Source: Acaryochloridaceae cyanobacterium VAR_48_metabat_390 (GTDB lineage Bacteria; Cyanobacteriota; Cyanobacteriia; Thermosynechococcales; Thermosynechococcaceae). From it: a DNA stretch of 31,991 nt. The notes below the pieces were generated by a model. That model was not told where the DNA came from. It worked only from the letters and a program-made list of their open reading frames with translations, and ran no database searches. This document shows positions 8,989 through 19,198 of the stretch, piece after piece. How positions within the stretch are numbered: the stretch's first letter is position 1; each line of letters opens with the position of its first letter. A program made the position numbers and the translations under genes. Where the stretch lies: assembly GCA_031422435.1 (NCBI GenBank), contig JANPLU010000105.1, forward strand, positions 1 to 31,991, written 5' to 3'.

Positions 8989-10359
8989 TTAATAACTGAC
9001 CTCCTGCCGATCCCAGGCTGTAATAGAAGATAACGTGGGTCGATCAAGCGAATTCTCAAAGTCATAATCACCATAGTTTCCGACAGAATCGACTTTGACC
9101 TTGGAATTACCAGAGTTTGCAGCCCAGTCTTTAATCCAGAGAGAGCCTTGAAAGTTACCGTTTGTATTGCCGCCCCCATTCACGCTGCCCGTTGCCGCGG
9201 GAGCATAGACAAAGGCATTCATAGTTCCGGTTCCATTAAAGTGGGCTTTGCTGGTAGGGCAGGTAACCCCCGCAGCGCAACCATACTTATAGGTAGAGCC
9301 GCTCACCAATTCATTCCCAAAAATACGGAGTTGGCTAGAGCTGCCGCTGGGATTAATATCTGGGTTGCCACTTAACTCGATATCACCCTGCACAAACAAA
9401 TCTACCCTGACAGTGTTGCTGGCAAGGGTAATCACACTGTTTCCCTTTGGGTTGATGAGGTCTTTCACAAGGTAGGCATACCGCACCCTCCCTTTGAAAT
9501 CGGTATAGGTTACATCCCCAGCACGGGGTAGGCTGATCCAAGGGGTTAGCGTACCTGTCGTAAGATTGTTGTAGGAGGCGGGCAGAGACGGCGTACCTGG
9601 AAAGTTTCGCCGAACCGCCTTGATGCTATAGGTGGTAGAGTCCGATAAATTATCTGTTGTTGGTGGCTTAGTCAGACTCGATAAAACGCAGGTATTGACA
9701 ACAATATTGCCCTTAATTTTATCGCTTTTCATATCAGTTCCAGATCCATTGCCAATCCAAAGCGCTGGCATGTTGGCACTGTCACTAGGATCTGCTACCG
9801 GAATTTTGACCTGAAGGCGTGAGGTGGATGTTCTGGAATTAGAGGTGGCTGTGGAGCCAGAGCCATTTTGATTGATGCGCCCTTCTACCGTGAGCGTTCC
9901 TTGCGGGGCAGCATAGGTATAGTCAATGAAGCGATACTGTCCTTTTTCTGGATTGCTCGAATCGACATCTTTCCAAGCGCGGTCTGGAATACTCGAAATA
10001 TCTAAGGCAGTTGGATCCCCCGTGCAGCCAGTGACCAAATTAGTAATATTTGTCGCGTTTTTCCAGGATAGAGCTGTACTAGACGTTTCGGTGCAGCTAC
10101 CATTTGTTGCGTAGGTACCGCTACTGCAAGCAGGGTATGCAGCAATGACGCGCGCTAGATTAATCTTCTCCTGAATTCGTCCAATGCCTGTTTCTGCTGC
10201 ACTCAACCCCCGCGCGGCGGCTTTTTGGGTGCTGGCTGTGGCGCTGTCGGCCTGTGACCTTACCACCATAGACACGCTAATAAGAAGCACCATTAATCCA
10301 AAACCCATTGCAATAGGTATTGCAAACCCTTGTTGATGTCTATGTCGCATTACAGTCAT
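8989..10359 (-). CDS. PilX-like minor pilin with large C-terminal beta-rich domain
   Basis: QG|FAIPIAMG (lacks E5, a PilX/GspK hallmark), AAETG motif, and FVYAPAAT / FQGSLW motifs. Confidence 0.8.
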   Translation of the reverse strand: MTVMRHRHQQGFAIPIAMGFGLMVLLISVSMVVRSQADSATASTQKAAARGLSAAETGIGRIQEKINLARVIAAYPACSSGTYATNGSCTETSSTALSWKNATNITNLVTGCTGDPTALDISSIPDRAWKDVDSSNPEKGQYRFIDYTYAAPQGTLTVEGRINQNGSGSTATSNSRTSTSRLQVKIPVADPSDSANMPALWIGNGSGTDMKSDKIKGNIVVNTCVLSSLTKPPTTDNLSDSTTYSIKAVRRNFPGTPSLPASYNNLTTGTLTPWISLPRAGDVTYTDFKGRVRYAYLVKDLINPKGNSVITLASNTVRVDLFVQGDIELSGNPDINPSGSSSQLRIFGNELVSGSTYKYGCAAGVTCPTSKAHFNGTGTMNAFVYAPAATGSVNGGGNTNGNFQGSLWIKDWAANSGNSKVKVDSVGNYGDYDFENSLDRPTLSSITAWDRQEVSY

Positions 10360-10741
10360 TTTTTAATTCTCCCTCTCTCTTAAAGTTTGCCCTCATGGGT
10401 GGGCTAATGAGTTCAGCAAAAATACCGAATTTTGCTTTGCCGTAGAAAAATAGCCAAAGCCGCACCTAGCAAAAACCTTAGGTTTTCTAACGCAACATTG
10501 GCTGAAGGCTCAATCGTACTGTGATAGCTAGGATATGTCTCAAAGTCGGTCAGTGCCCCGCAGTTTTCGCCAACTCTAAAACATCCATAAGTTGGATGGT
10601 CGTTTAACACTCTGCATCACCCTTCTTAATCTCTATAGCCTTAATCTTGGTAGGTTTATGGGCGTGGGCTACAATTTTTGAGGAGATTCATTCAGCAAAA
10701 GGCTTTTGACTCTCTCTTGTCCACCATAGAGATATTAAACC

Positions 10742-12343
10742 TTGAGCTATGCCATTGATTTTGGGACGAGTAATACGGTTATTGCTCGATGGAACCCCAT
10801 AACTGAAAAATCTGAAACCCTATCATTGCAGGGAATTAGCGTTAGGCAAGGCCAAAATCCAGATCTGATTCCGAGTGTGCTTTATGTAGAAAATGCCCCT
10901 CAAAATCAGGTTTTGGTGGGTCAACAGGTGCGCGATCGCGGTCTTGATATCCAAAGTGATCCTCGCTTTTTCCGTGGCTTTAAGCGGGGCATTGGCAACG
11001 CAGTTCAGGGTTTTTTGCCAGAAGTAGACGGTCAACTGATTCGGTTTGAGCAGGTGGGGCAGTGGTTTTTATCGAGCTTGCTCACTCAGCTTAAGACAGG
11101 CTATCCCGATGCGGGTGATGCACTGGTATTGACGGTGCCAGTCGATAGTTTTGAACCCTATCGCCAGTGGCTGAGTCAGGTGTGCCACAGCCTTGAGGTG
11201 GAGCAGGTGCGAATCCTCGATGAACCCACTGCTGCTGCCCTAGGTTACGGTAAAGCAGACGCTGACGTAGTGTTGGTGGTAGATTTTGGCGGCGGTACCC
11301 TAGACCTAGCCCTGGTGCAGCTTGAGCACAGTCGCATAGCCCAAGCCAAACCCACAGGGTTCATCCTCAAGTGGGGAGACAAAAATATGGCGGAGCAGTC
11401 CGCTCAACGCGCCAAGACAGCACGGGTTTTGGCAAAGGCAGGCCAAAATCTAGGCGGGACAGATTTAGACAATTGGCTATTAGACCACTTTGTTAAAGTC
11501 CAAGACTTACCTAAAACACCCCTGACGCAGCGCCTAGCAGAACGGCTCAAAATCCAGCTTTCGCTTCAGACTAAAGCCACAGAAGTCTATTTTAATGAAG
11601 CGACGTTTGAGAGCTATGAGCTGTCTCTAGACCGAGCTGAATTTGATGCCATTCTGACCGAGCGAAAGTTTTTTGAGCGCTTAGATGACAGCATGACTCA
11701 GGTACTTCAGCAGGCGAGACGGCAGGGTATTACAGCAGAAAATATTGATGCGGTGCTGCTGGTGGGTGGCACTAGCCTGATTCCAGCAGTGCAGACTTGG
11801 GTACAGCAGTATTTTGAGGCGGCTAAAATTTTGAGCAGCAAGCCTTTTGAGGCGATCGCCCAGGGTGCGCTGCAAATTTTTCAGGACACTGACGTGAAGG
11901 ACTTTCTCTATCACAGCTACGGCATCCGCTACTGGGATCGTCGGCTCAATGCTCACAACTGGCATACCCTTATCCCAACGGGTCAGCCTTACCCTATGGC
12001 GGAACCTGTGGAGCTGATTTTGGGTGCCTCTGCGGAAAGACAGCCCAGCATTGAGCTAGTAATTGGGGAGCTAGGTCAAGCATCAGGTGGCACAGAGGTG
12101 TACTTTGATGGCGATCGCCTCATCACCCGCGCGCTTTCTGCCAACCAAGGTCAGATCCAGGCGCTAAATGATCGTGAAGGCGCCCGCAGTATTGCAAAAC
12201 TAGATCCGCCAGGGTTTCCGGGCAGCGATCGCATTAAGGTACTGTTTCGCGTGGATGAAGGGCGATCGCTACGCATCACCGTAGAAGACCTGTTAACTCA
12301 AGAAATTTTGTTAACCGATCAGGTGGTTGCTCAACTCAGCTAG
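10742..12343 (+). CDS. Hsp70-family protein (atypical DnaK-like)
   Basis: AIDFGTSNT, LDEPTAAALGY, VDFGGGTLD and LLVGGTSLIP actin-like ATPase motifs; shortened substrate-binding region; TTG start. Confidence 0.9.
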   Translation: MSYAIDFGTSNTVIARWNPITEKSETLSLQGISVRQGQNPDLIPSVLYVENAPQNQVLVGQQVRDRGLDIQSDPRFFRGFKRGIGNAVQGFLPEVDGQLIRFEQVGQWFLSSLLTQLKTGYPDAGDALVLTVPVDSFEPYRQWLSQVCHSLEVEQVRILDEPTAAALGYGKADADVVLVVDFGGGTLDLALVQLEHSRIAQAKPTGFILKWGDKNMAEQSAQRAKTARVLAKAGQNLGGTDLDNWLLDHFVKVQDLPKTPLTQRLAERLKIQLSLQTKATEVYFNEATFESYELSLDRAEFDAILTERKFFERLDDSMTQVLQQARRQGITAENIDAVLLVGGTSLIPAVQTWVQQYFEAAKILSSKPFEAIAQGALQIFQDTDVKDFLYHSYGIRYWDRRLNAHNWHTLIPTGQPYPMAEPVELILGASAERQPSIELVIGELGQASGGTEVYFDGDRLITRALSANQGQIQALNDREGARSIAKLDPPGFPGSDRIKVLFRVDEGRSLRITVEDLLTQEILLTDQVVAQLS

Positions 12344-12362
12344 CAAAAAATGAACGCTGCCG

Positions 12363-13733
12363 CTAACGACGCTGAAACCCTTTATTGACCTTGCTGCCAT
12401 CTTTAGGCTTTTGGGTCTGGGTTTTATGCACTTCTAGCACCGCCTCTTGAAACAGGCTATGCAAATGAACCGGCACACTCGCCGTTTCAGGAAGCGTGGG
12501 CTTGGGCCGTTTACCGTAAGACTGCAGCAGTGAGTCAAGCCCCTCAACCAAATCAAACGCTGGCTGCTCTAAAACATCTTGCAGCAGCCGTTCTAGCGGG
12601 ACAGGATACTGCTGTGCTAAACGATGCCAGAGGTAAGCATTCATTTCAGGTGCGTCAAAGGCTTGACGCACTATTTTTTTGTCTTTCTCTGTGGGCGCAG
12701 TTTTTTGCGCCAGCAGCGCTTTGATTTGAGGATAGCTTGATAAATAAACCTGCCCCCACTGGGGATGGGTTAGCAAGGTAACCTGCTCTGCCTTTTTGAG
12801 AGCATCCGGTAGGCTAAATTGCGGTTGAACCATGGCGGATTTAGGAGAAGCCTCAGCCGACGGCTGGCGCAAGGGTTCAACCGTCTTTAAATCCTGGTGC
12901 ATTTCAGCGCTATCTTCTTCAGAGACACCCTGCTGTTTCAGCAAATCGGAAAGCGACTGGTTGCTGTCTAGGCCTGCTGCGGTTAGACGACGCTGTGTCA
13001 GATGCTCCTGAAAAAGCTGGAGCTGTTGATTCGCTTGATACCCTGGCAACGTCACTTCTTCACTGCCAAAAAAATCGAGCCATTCTTGATGAGATTGCTC
13101 AACGGAGCGCCAAGCTTCTTCGAGCAGTTCTGGGGCATCTCCGTAGAGATCTTCGGGGTAGCATTTTTTGAAATTTCCAACTGCGACAGCAAGCTTGGGT
13201 TTGCCCAGTTTCCCCAGTAGCGTGAAGGGGCTAAAAAATATCCACTCTGCCTCGGCAATCGGTGCAAGGCGGGTGATCACAATTTCATTTGGCTGTAGGC
13301 GAGCAATTTGTTCGGGGGGCTGCAAACCCACTGCTCTGACAAAATAGCGTTTCTCTGTGAGCCAATTCTGGAGTTCAAACCCATCGGTAAGCGTTTGGGT
13401 TACCGTAAATAACCCTGTAAAGCTCTGAGTCCATCGTGCAAGTAGCTCACGATCTGGCTGGCTAAGATCTGCATGAGCCGCCAAGAATAGGTCTAGTGGA
13501 GTCTTATTTCCCACGCGGCCTTGGGTTAAAAAACAGTCAACCGCTAGATCCGTTTGGATGCTGCTCTGGGACTGAGATTTGGAGGAACGGTTAAGATGCT
13601 CCGCAATGAAGGCTTCTAGGGCGATCGCCAAATCTCCTTCAGCGTCTAAAACAAACGCCACAAGAGACTGCTTGAGCTGTTTTGCACGTTCGTCAATGGT
13701 GTTCACAGGCATCCTTTCTGCAAAAAGCGTCAA
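12363..13733 (-). CDS. Hypothetical protein (456 aa)
   Basis: Long ORF with plausible composition and a KGF C-terminal tail common in cyanobacterial proteins; no motif recognised; start uncertain. Confidence 0.75.
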   Translation of the reverse strand: MTLFAERMPVNTIDERAKQLKQSLVAFVLDAEGDLAIALEAFIAEHLNRSSKSQSQSSIQTDLAVDCFLTQGRVGNKTPLDLFLAAHADLSQPDRELLARWTQSFTGLFTVTQTLTDGFELQNWLTEKRYFVRAVGLQPPEQIARLQPNEIVITRLAPIAEAEWIFFSPFTLLGKLGKPKLAVAVGNFKKCYPEDLYGDAPELLEEAWRSVEQSHQEWLDFFGSEEVTLPGYQANQQLQLFQEHLTQRRLTAAGLDSNQSLSDLLKQQGVSEEDSAEMHQDLKTVEPLRQPSAEASPKSAMVQPQFSLPDALKKAEQVTLLTHPQWGQVYLSSYPQIKALLAQKTAPTEKDKKIVRQAFDAPEMNAYLWHRLAQQYPVPLERLLQDVLEQPAFDLVEGLDSLLQSYGKRPKPTLPETASVPVHLHSLFQEAVLEVHKTQTQKPKDGSKVNKGFQRR

Positions 13734-13841
13734 ACTTCGATAGGTTAGAGTTATACCCAGTAAACTACGCCTTTAGATAGTCTTAAAAGAACCTAATTTC
13801 GGTAGACTGTTGTGCTTAAAAAATCGTCTAAATGGAGGATT

Positions 13842-14351
13842 TTAATTTTTTTTAGGCGCTCTACCTTCAGGCAGCGACCGAGCATTCACCTGCTGAAGTT
13901 CGCCATGCAGCCTTCTGTTTTCGGTTTGGAGTGACTGAAACTTAGACTTAACTGCATCGAGACGATCCGCAAACTTTTGGCGGTACACTTCCGGTAGTTC
14001 TTGGATGATGCGCTCTAACATCTGGTTGCGATCGCTCAACACCTGGCAAGACTTCTGCAAACGACCCACTTCCTGGTCGCGCTTATCAATCTGAGACTGG
14101 TAAAATTCAATTTGCTCCTCCAGCCGTTTCAGATCATCCCGTAAAGCCGCTTCCGGCGTTTGTGGTGTCAAAGCCAAGGCAGAAGAAGTAGAGGAACGCG
14201 CTGGAGGTAATGCAGGCGGGTGTGTTTTGACCATCCGAAACAGCTCTGTAGACAACTGCTCTACAAGCTGCTCGCGTAGCTGAAGCTGGCGACGAAGTTG
14301 AGCTATCTCTTGCTCAACCGCATTAGAAAAATTTGCGTCGCTAGGGTTCAC
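13842..14351 (-). CDS. Coiled-coil protein, Npun_F5560-like
   Basis: LRRQLQLREQLVEQLSTELFRMVK and ELPEVYRQKF segments resemble this cyanobacterial family (from recall). Confidence 0.65.
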   Translation of the reverse strand: MNPSDANFSNAVEQEIAQLRRQLQLREQLVEQLSTELFRMVKTHPPALPPARSSTSSALALTPQTPEAALRDDLKRLEEQIEFYQSQIDKRDQEVGRLQKSCQVLSDRNQMLERIIQELPEVYRQKFADRLDAVKSKFQSLQTENRRLHGELQQVNARSLPEGRAPKKN

Positions 14352-14476
14352 GCTTACATTACTCCAGTACCACTGCCGTTAATTTACCATTTCACCGCAA
14401 AGCCCGGCAGCATTACAGCTAAACCGAGCCTTGTGGTGAAATGGTGTATTGCGCTTATAGTCAGCGAGACAAAATT

Positions 14477-14803
14477 CTAGACGGCTTCTGCTGTCGCTTC
14501 TTCTTCGACTGGAGCAATCTCTTCTGGCTTAATGGTCAAGTAGCGAATGACATCTTCTCCAATTCGCATGGCTCGCTCCATTACAGCAATTGCAGTGCCA
14601 GCAGCTTCATAGTTCATCTGCACATAGATTCCTTCGCGGAATTTACGAATATCGTAGGCAAGGCGGCGGCGGCCTCGGTGCTGAACCTCAATATTCTCAG
14701 CGCCTTGATCTTTAAGCAAGGTTTGGTACTTTATAATGGCTTGATCGACCAGCTCTTCGCCCAAGTCGGGGCGCAAGATATAGATCGTTTCGTAAGTGGT
14801 CAT
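14477..14803 (-). CDS. rpsF: 30S ribosomal protein S6
   Basis: [24 protein letters not shown] and VIRYL motifs; start at ATG 14803 downstream of AAGGA. Confidence 0.97.
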   Translation of the reverse strand: MTTYETIYILRPDLGEELVDQAIIKYQTLLKDQGAENIEVQHRGRRRLAYDIRKFREGIYVQMNYEAAGTAIAVMERAMRIGEDVIRYLTIKPEEIAPVEEEATAEAV

Positions 14804-14813
14804 GAATTTGGAT

Positions 14814-14905
14814 TTCCTTATGGACAATACGGCTTTTGAGCGCTGTTTTTCATTACATCAAGCGTTCCATTCAGCCGATGAATGAGGCAGCGTTAAAAGC
14901 AAGGC
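14814..14905 (-). promoter_or_regulatory. S6:S18 (rpsF) ribosomal protein leader RNA
   Basis: Minus strand CCTT-GCTTTT...AAAAGC-CG-TATTGTCCA-TAAGG: outer CCTT/AAGG stem sequestering the RBS, inner GCTTTT/AAAAGC stem, conserved CCG; TAAAAT -10 box at 14917..14912. Confidence 0.75.
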
Positions 14906-15015
14906 TTTACAATTTTAGACCACAGGAGAGACATTCTGCCGCTACCGCGTTGAAGATCTCTGGCCAAATTCGATATTGAAGCCCTTCAGAGGCTAAGAAG
15001 GTTCTCACCACATCC

Positions 15016-15495
15016 CTAGCGAACCTGCATGTAAGCAGCTTCCGACAGAGTTGGAATTTCTGCATACAGTCCCCGCAGCGACTGCACGATGGAGAAAATC
15101 ACAATCGCCAATACTCCGATAAATACTGTGCTAGATAAAGCAACCACCACAAGGTTAGAGCTATCCACACGACCTAAAATCGGGAGAACAAGGCCAAAAA
15201 CAACCATCAAGATATCTACTAAAAGCGCCTGCATCGTATTAAAGCGAATCATGTGCGGTACTTTTTCATTGCGCACGACCAGCAAAAATAGGCCAAAAAA
15301 GATGATCAGACTCGCGAAAGGTAGCGTTCTGTAAAGCCACAGCACGGGCAACAGTAAAGGAGCGAGCACGGTTCCCAGAGTCGGAATCTCCTGTAACACC
15401 GCACTTGAAAACCCAATGCTGCTTGTCAACGGCAATAGGTAAGGCAAACTTGAAAAAATCCGATCTTGGATCGTTATTGAGCCGCGCCAAGACAT
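15016..15495 (-). CDS. Tic20-family membrane protein
   Basis: DRIFSSLPYLLPL, IRFNTMQA and YAEIPTLSEAAYMQVR motifs; start MSWRGS at 15495 behind AGGAG. Confidence 0.9.
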   Translation of the reverse strand: MSWRGSITIQDRIFSSLPYLLPLTSSIGFSSAVLQEIPTLGTVLAPLLLPVLWLYRTLPFASLIIFFGLFLLVVRNEKVPHMIRFNTMQALLVDILMVVFGLVLPILGRVDSSNLVVVALSSTVFIGVLAIVIFSIVQSLRGLYAEIPTLSEAAYMQVR

Positions 15496-15796
15496 GGCTA
15501 TTTCTCCTGAACTGAAGTGGATAGAGAGCTGATTTCTGAGATTGATCACTATGTTAGTTGGATTTTTGGAGCTTGCAGCAAAAAGGGTAAGGTCTTGCCC
15601 CTTTGAATGCCTAAGATAATCTTCAAAAGCCTTGCTAGAAAGCCATCATGACTTTCTCTAAGGAGTAAGCTATGATACTGGAATGTGGCGTTTGGATGCC
15701 TAAATCAGCCCAAACTCACCCCTTCAGCGAACCAACCCTAAGCCCCAAGGTTGTACAGCGCTACGGACGTATTGATTGAGTAAAGAGGATTTTTCC

Positions 15797-17080
15797 GTGA
15801 CGAAGACCAACCTTGACTTTTTGGCTGAAGCAGACCCGAAGGTTGCAGAGATTCTACAGCAGGAGCTACAGCGCCAGCGCGATCATCTAGAGCTAATCGC
15901 TAGCGAAAATTTCACGTCGGCAGCAGTGATGGCTGCACAGGGTTCAACGCTCACCAATAAGTATGCCGAAGGTTTACCAGGGAAACGCTACTACGGTGGC
16001 TGCGAATACGTAGACAGGGTAGAGCAGATCGCGATTGACCGCGCTAAAGAGCTGTTTGGTGCTGCCCATGCCAATGTTCAGCCTCACTCCGGCGCACAGG
16101 CTAACTTTGCCGTCTTTTTGTCGCTACTTCAGCCCGGAGACACCATTCTGGGCATGGATTTATCCCACGGCGGACATCTGACCCACGGGTCGCCTGTTAA
16201 CGTCTCAGGCAAATGGTTCAAGGTTGCTCAGTATGGTGTAGACCCAGAAACAGAGCAGTTGAACTATGAGAGTATCCGTCAGATTGCCCTAGAGCATCGC
16301 CCTAAGCTGATCATCTGTGGCTACTCAGCCTATCCCCGCACCATCCATTTTGATAAGTTCCGCGAAATCGCAGATGAAGTGGGCGCGTACTTACTGGCAG
16401 ATATTGCCCACATCGCTGGACTGGTTGCCACAGGTCTACACCCTAACCCACTCCCCTTTTGTGATGTCGTCACCACAACTACCCACAAAACCCTGCGCGG
16501 ACCACGGGGCGGACTGATTTTGACCCGCGATGCAGAGTTAGGCAAAAAGCTAGACAAGGCCGTCTTTCCTGGAACCCAAGGTGGTCCTCTAGAACACGTC
16601 ATTGCCGGCAAAGCCGTTGCATTTGGCGAAGCGCTTCAGCCCGCTTTTAAAACTTATTGCGCTCAGGTTATTAAAAACGCCCAAACTTTAGCTGCACAGC
16701 TTCAGCAGCGGGGGCTAAAAATCGTCTCTGACGGCACCGATAACCATCTGCTGCTGGTAGACCTTCGCTCCATTGGGATGACGGGTAAAATTGCGGATCA
16801 GCTTGTGAGCCAGGCCAACATTACCGCCAACAAAAATACCGTGCCCTTTGACCCAGAATCGCCTTTTGTCACTAGCGGATTGCGATTGGGTTCGGCGGCG
16901 ATGACCACACGTGGCATGGGAGCCACCGAATTTACTGAAATTGCCAACATTATTGCGGATTGTCTGTTAAATCCCGATGATGATGCTGTGAAGCGTGAGT
17001 GCCGTCAGCGTGTTGCGACATTGTGTGAGCGTTTTCCGCTGTACCCACACTTGAATGCGCCTGTGCCTTCACTGGTCTAA
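15797..17080 (+). CDS. glyA: Serine hydroxymethyltransferase
   Basis: LIASENF, NKYAEG, GGHLTHG and [14 protein letters not shown] (PLP lysine); GTG start at 15797 behind GAGG. Confidence 0.98.
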   Translation: MTKTNLDFLAEADPKVAEILQQELQRQRDHLELIASENFTSAAVMAAQGSTLTNKYAEGLPGKRYYGGCEYVDRVEQIAIDRAKELFGAAHANVQPHSGAQANFAVFLSLLQPGDTILGMDLSHGGHLTHGSPVNVSGKWFKVAQYGVDPETEQLNYESIRQIALEHRPKLIICGYSAYPRTIHFDKFREIADEVGAYLLADIAHIAGLVATGLHPNPLPFCDVVTTTTHKTLRGPRGGLILTRDAELGKKLDKAVFPGTQGGPLEHVIAGKAVAFGEALQPAFKTYCAQVIKNAQTLAAQLQQRGLKIVSDGTDNHLLLVDLRSIGMTGKIADQLVSQANITANKNTVPFDPESPFVTSGLRLGSAAMTTRGMGATEFTEIANIIADCLLNPDDDAVKRECRQRVATLCERFPLYPHLNAPVPSLV

Positions 17081-17095
17081 ATTTTCGCTTGATAC

Positions 17096-17128
17096 AATCC
17101 CTCTTGAATTAACTTCAAGAGGGATTTT
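17096..17128 (+). terminator. Intrinsic terminator after glyA
   Basis: Perfect 13-bp stem AATCCCTCTTGAA-TTAAC-TTCAAGAGGGATT ending in a T run. Confidence 0.8.
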
Positions 17129-17371
17129 GTACGTTTTCAGAGATGTTTTGAGAGGAGCGCTAAATTTGTAGGTGGCGATCGCCCCAAACCATAAGCATCT
17201 AATGATAATGTTGTTGGTTGTGGCAATTTGATCATTACAAATCGCCAATCATACTTGCAGCCTAGGGCTGAACCTCTAACGTGATGACCTTAACCGACCG
17301 TCGGTTGAGGTTGTGCTCAAAGGTTTTTAGACTTGTCACTATAGAAATGCCGTCGCTGCAATCTGCTAACT

Positions 17372-18952
17372 ATGCCTAAGGTTCTTGTCTCAGATCCCAT
17401 TGACCAAGCTGGTCTTCTCTTGCTAGAGCAGGTCGCACAGGTGGATGTGCGCACCGATCTATCACCCGAAGAATTGATTCAGGTGATTCCAGACTACGAT
17501 GCCCTCATGATTCGCTCTGGTACTCGCGTTACGAAAGACGTGATTGAGGCAGGATCTAAGCTCAAAATTATTGGTCGTGCTGGCGTTGGTGTAGATAATG
17601 TAGATGTACCCGCCGCAACCCGTAAAGGCATTGTGGTGGTCAACTCACCTGAGGGCAACACCATTGCAGCGGCAGAGCATACCCTAGCGCTGTTAATGGC
17701 GCTCTCTCGCCATATCCCCGATGCCAATCATTCTGTTAAAGCAGGCAAGTGGGAGCGCAAAAAGTTTACTGGGGTTGAGCTGTACAAGAAAACCCTTGGT
17801 ATTGTGGGCTTAGGCAAAATTGGCTCCCATGTTGCGGCTGTTGCACGGGCAATGGGCATGAAGCTTTTGGCTTACGATCCCTACCTCTCTAACGAACGGG
17901 CGGAGCAAATTGGCTGCCGCTTGGTAGAACTAGACTTTTTATTCACAGAGTCTGACTATATTACCCTTCACCTGCCTAAAACCCCTGAAACTCAGCATCT
18001 CATCAATGCCAAAACCCTGGCTAAAATGAAGCCCACGGCTCGTATTGTCAACTGTGCGCGGGGCGGCATTATTGACGAAGTGGCGATCTCCGAAGCCATC
18101 CAAAATGGCGTAATTGCTGGGGCAGCACTAGACGTATTTGAAAACGAACCCTTGGGGGAATCACCTTTACTGCACGTCGAAGGGGATCTTATTCTGACCC
18201 CTCACCTAGGCGCTTCGACTGAAGAAGCCCAAACCAACGTGGCGATCGACGTGGCGGAGCAAATCCGAGACGTGTTGCTGGGTCTAACGGCTCGCTCTGC
18301 GGTTAATATCCCTGGGTTGCGGCCTGAGGTGATGGAGCAGCTTAAGCCCTCGCTCATGCTGGCTGAAACCCTAGGGAACCTCGTGGGGCAGCTTGCAGGC
18401 GGACGTATTGAATCTTTAGAGATTCGGCTTCAGGGCGAAGTAGCTTCTTTTGATGCCCAGCCCATCGTGATTGCAGCGCTAAAGGGTTTGCTTACACCTG
18501 CGCTGCAAGAGCGCGTGAACTACGTTAATGCCGCCATTGAAGCCAAAGATCGCGGGATTCGGGTGATTGAAACGCGAGATGCTTCGATTCGGGACTATTC
18601 GGGTTCTATTCACCTAACGGCAAAAAGCCCCCGAGAAACGCGAACGGTGACAGGCGCACTCCTGAACCATGAGGAGCTACGCATTACCAACATTGATGAT
18701 TTCCCTATTAACGTACCGCCGACACGTCACATGCTGATTACGCAGCATCGGGACATGCCTGGGATCATTGGTCAAATTGGGTCGCTGCTAGGGCAATTTA
18801 ACGTCAATATTGCCAGTATGCAGGTGGGTCGCAAGCTCGTCCGTGGCAACGCAGTGATGGTTTTGAGCCTAGATGATCCTCTGCCAGAAGGGGTGCTGGC
18901 TGAAATTGTGAAGGTTAACGGCATTACTGATGCCTATATTGTGAATCTATAG
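17372..18952 (+). CDS. serA: D-3-phosphoglycerate dehydrogenase (ASB + ACT domains)
   Basis: GRAGVGVDNVD, GLGKIG, NCARGG, TPHLGASTEEAQ and a C-terminal ACT domain (DMPGIIG...NIASMQVGR). Confidence 0.97.
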   Translation: MPKVLVSDPIDQAGLLLLEQVAQVDVRTDLSPEELIQVIPDYDALMIRSGTRVTKDVIEAGSKLKIIGRAGVGVDNVDVPAATRKGIVVVNSPEGNTIAAAEHTLALLMALSRHIPDANHSVKAGKWERKKFTGVELYKKTLGIVGLGKIGSHVAAVARAMGMKLLAYDPYLSNERAEQIGCRLVELDFLFTESDYITLHLPKTPETQHLINAKTLAKMKPTARIVNCARGGIIDEVAISEAIQNGVIAGAALDVFENEPLGESPLLHVEGDLILTPHLGASTEEAQTNVAIDVAEQIRDVLLGLTARSAVNIPGLRPEVMEQLKPSLMLAETLGNLVGQLAGGRIESLEIRLQGEVASFDAQPIVIAALKGLLTPALQERVNYVNAAIEAKDRGIRVIETRDASIRDYSGSIHLTAKSPRETRTVTGALLNHEELRITNIDDFPINVPPTRHMLITQHRDMPGIIGQIGSLLGQFNVNIASMQVGRKLVRGNAVMVLSLDDPLPEGVLAEIVKVNGITDAYIVNL

Positions 18953-18996
18953 GGCGTAATTCCTCGCCCACGGGGGCAGCTCATCAATCGCCTCTA

Positions 18997-19100
18997 TCTC
19001 CTATCGGAGAGGCTTCGCCAAGGGGAGGGGCAGGGGTCGGTTAGTCGTGGTGCTACTGACGAACCCACCCCGCCCTACGGGCACCCCTCCTAGGAGAGGG
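18997..19100. repeat. GC-rich cyanobacterial small dispersed (REP-like) inverted repeat pair with a probable nested short element
   Basis: GGAGGGGCAGGGGTCGGTT ... AACCCACCCCGCCCTACGGGCACCCCTCCTAGGAGAGGG; left copy carries CTCCTATCGGAGAGGCTTCGCCAA. Confidence 0.65.
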
Positions 19101-19198
19101 TTTTCTCGGGTTTTTGGTGGGTATACAGTAGCGCTTTAGGGGGGTTGGCCTAGGCTAAACCCCTCTATTTATGGAACCAGTTTTAATGAGGTTAACAG

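Noticed and set aside
5510..10930. HIP1 absence as proof of horizontal transfer of the pilin cluster
   Set aside because: I also saw no HIP1 within glyA or serA, so a gap of this size is only weak evidence.
14441..14839. Antisense/shadow ORFs (e.g. 14441..14839, 2316..2699, 5102..5599, 27042..27329)
   Set aside because: They lie opposite well-supported genes and have no motifs.
15660..15796. ZTP, THF or glycine riboswitch upstream of glyA
   Set aside because: No recognisable conserved aptamer cores.
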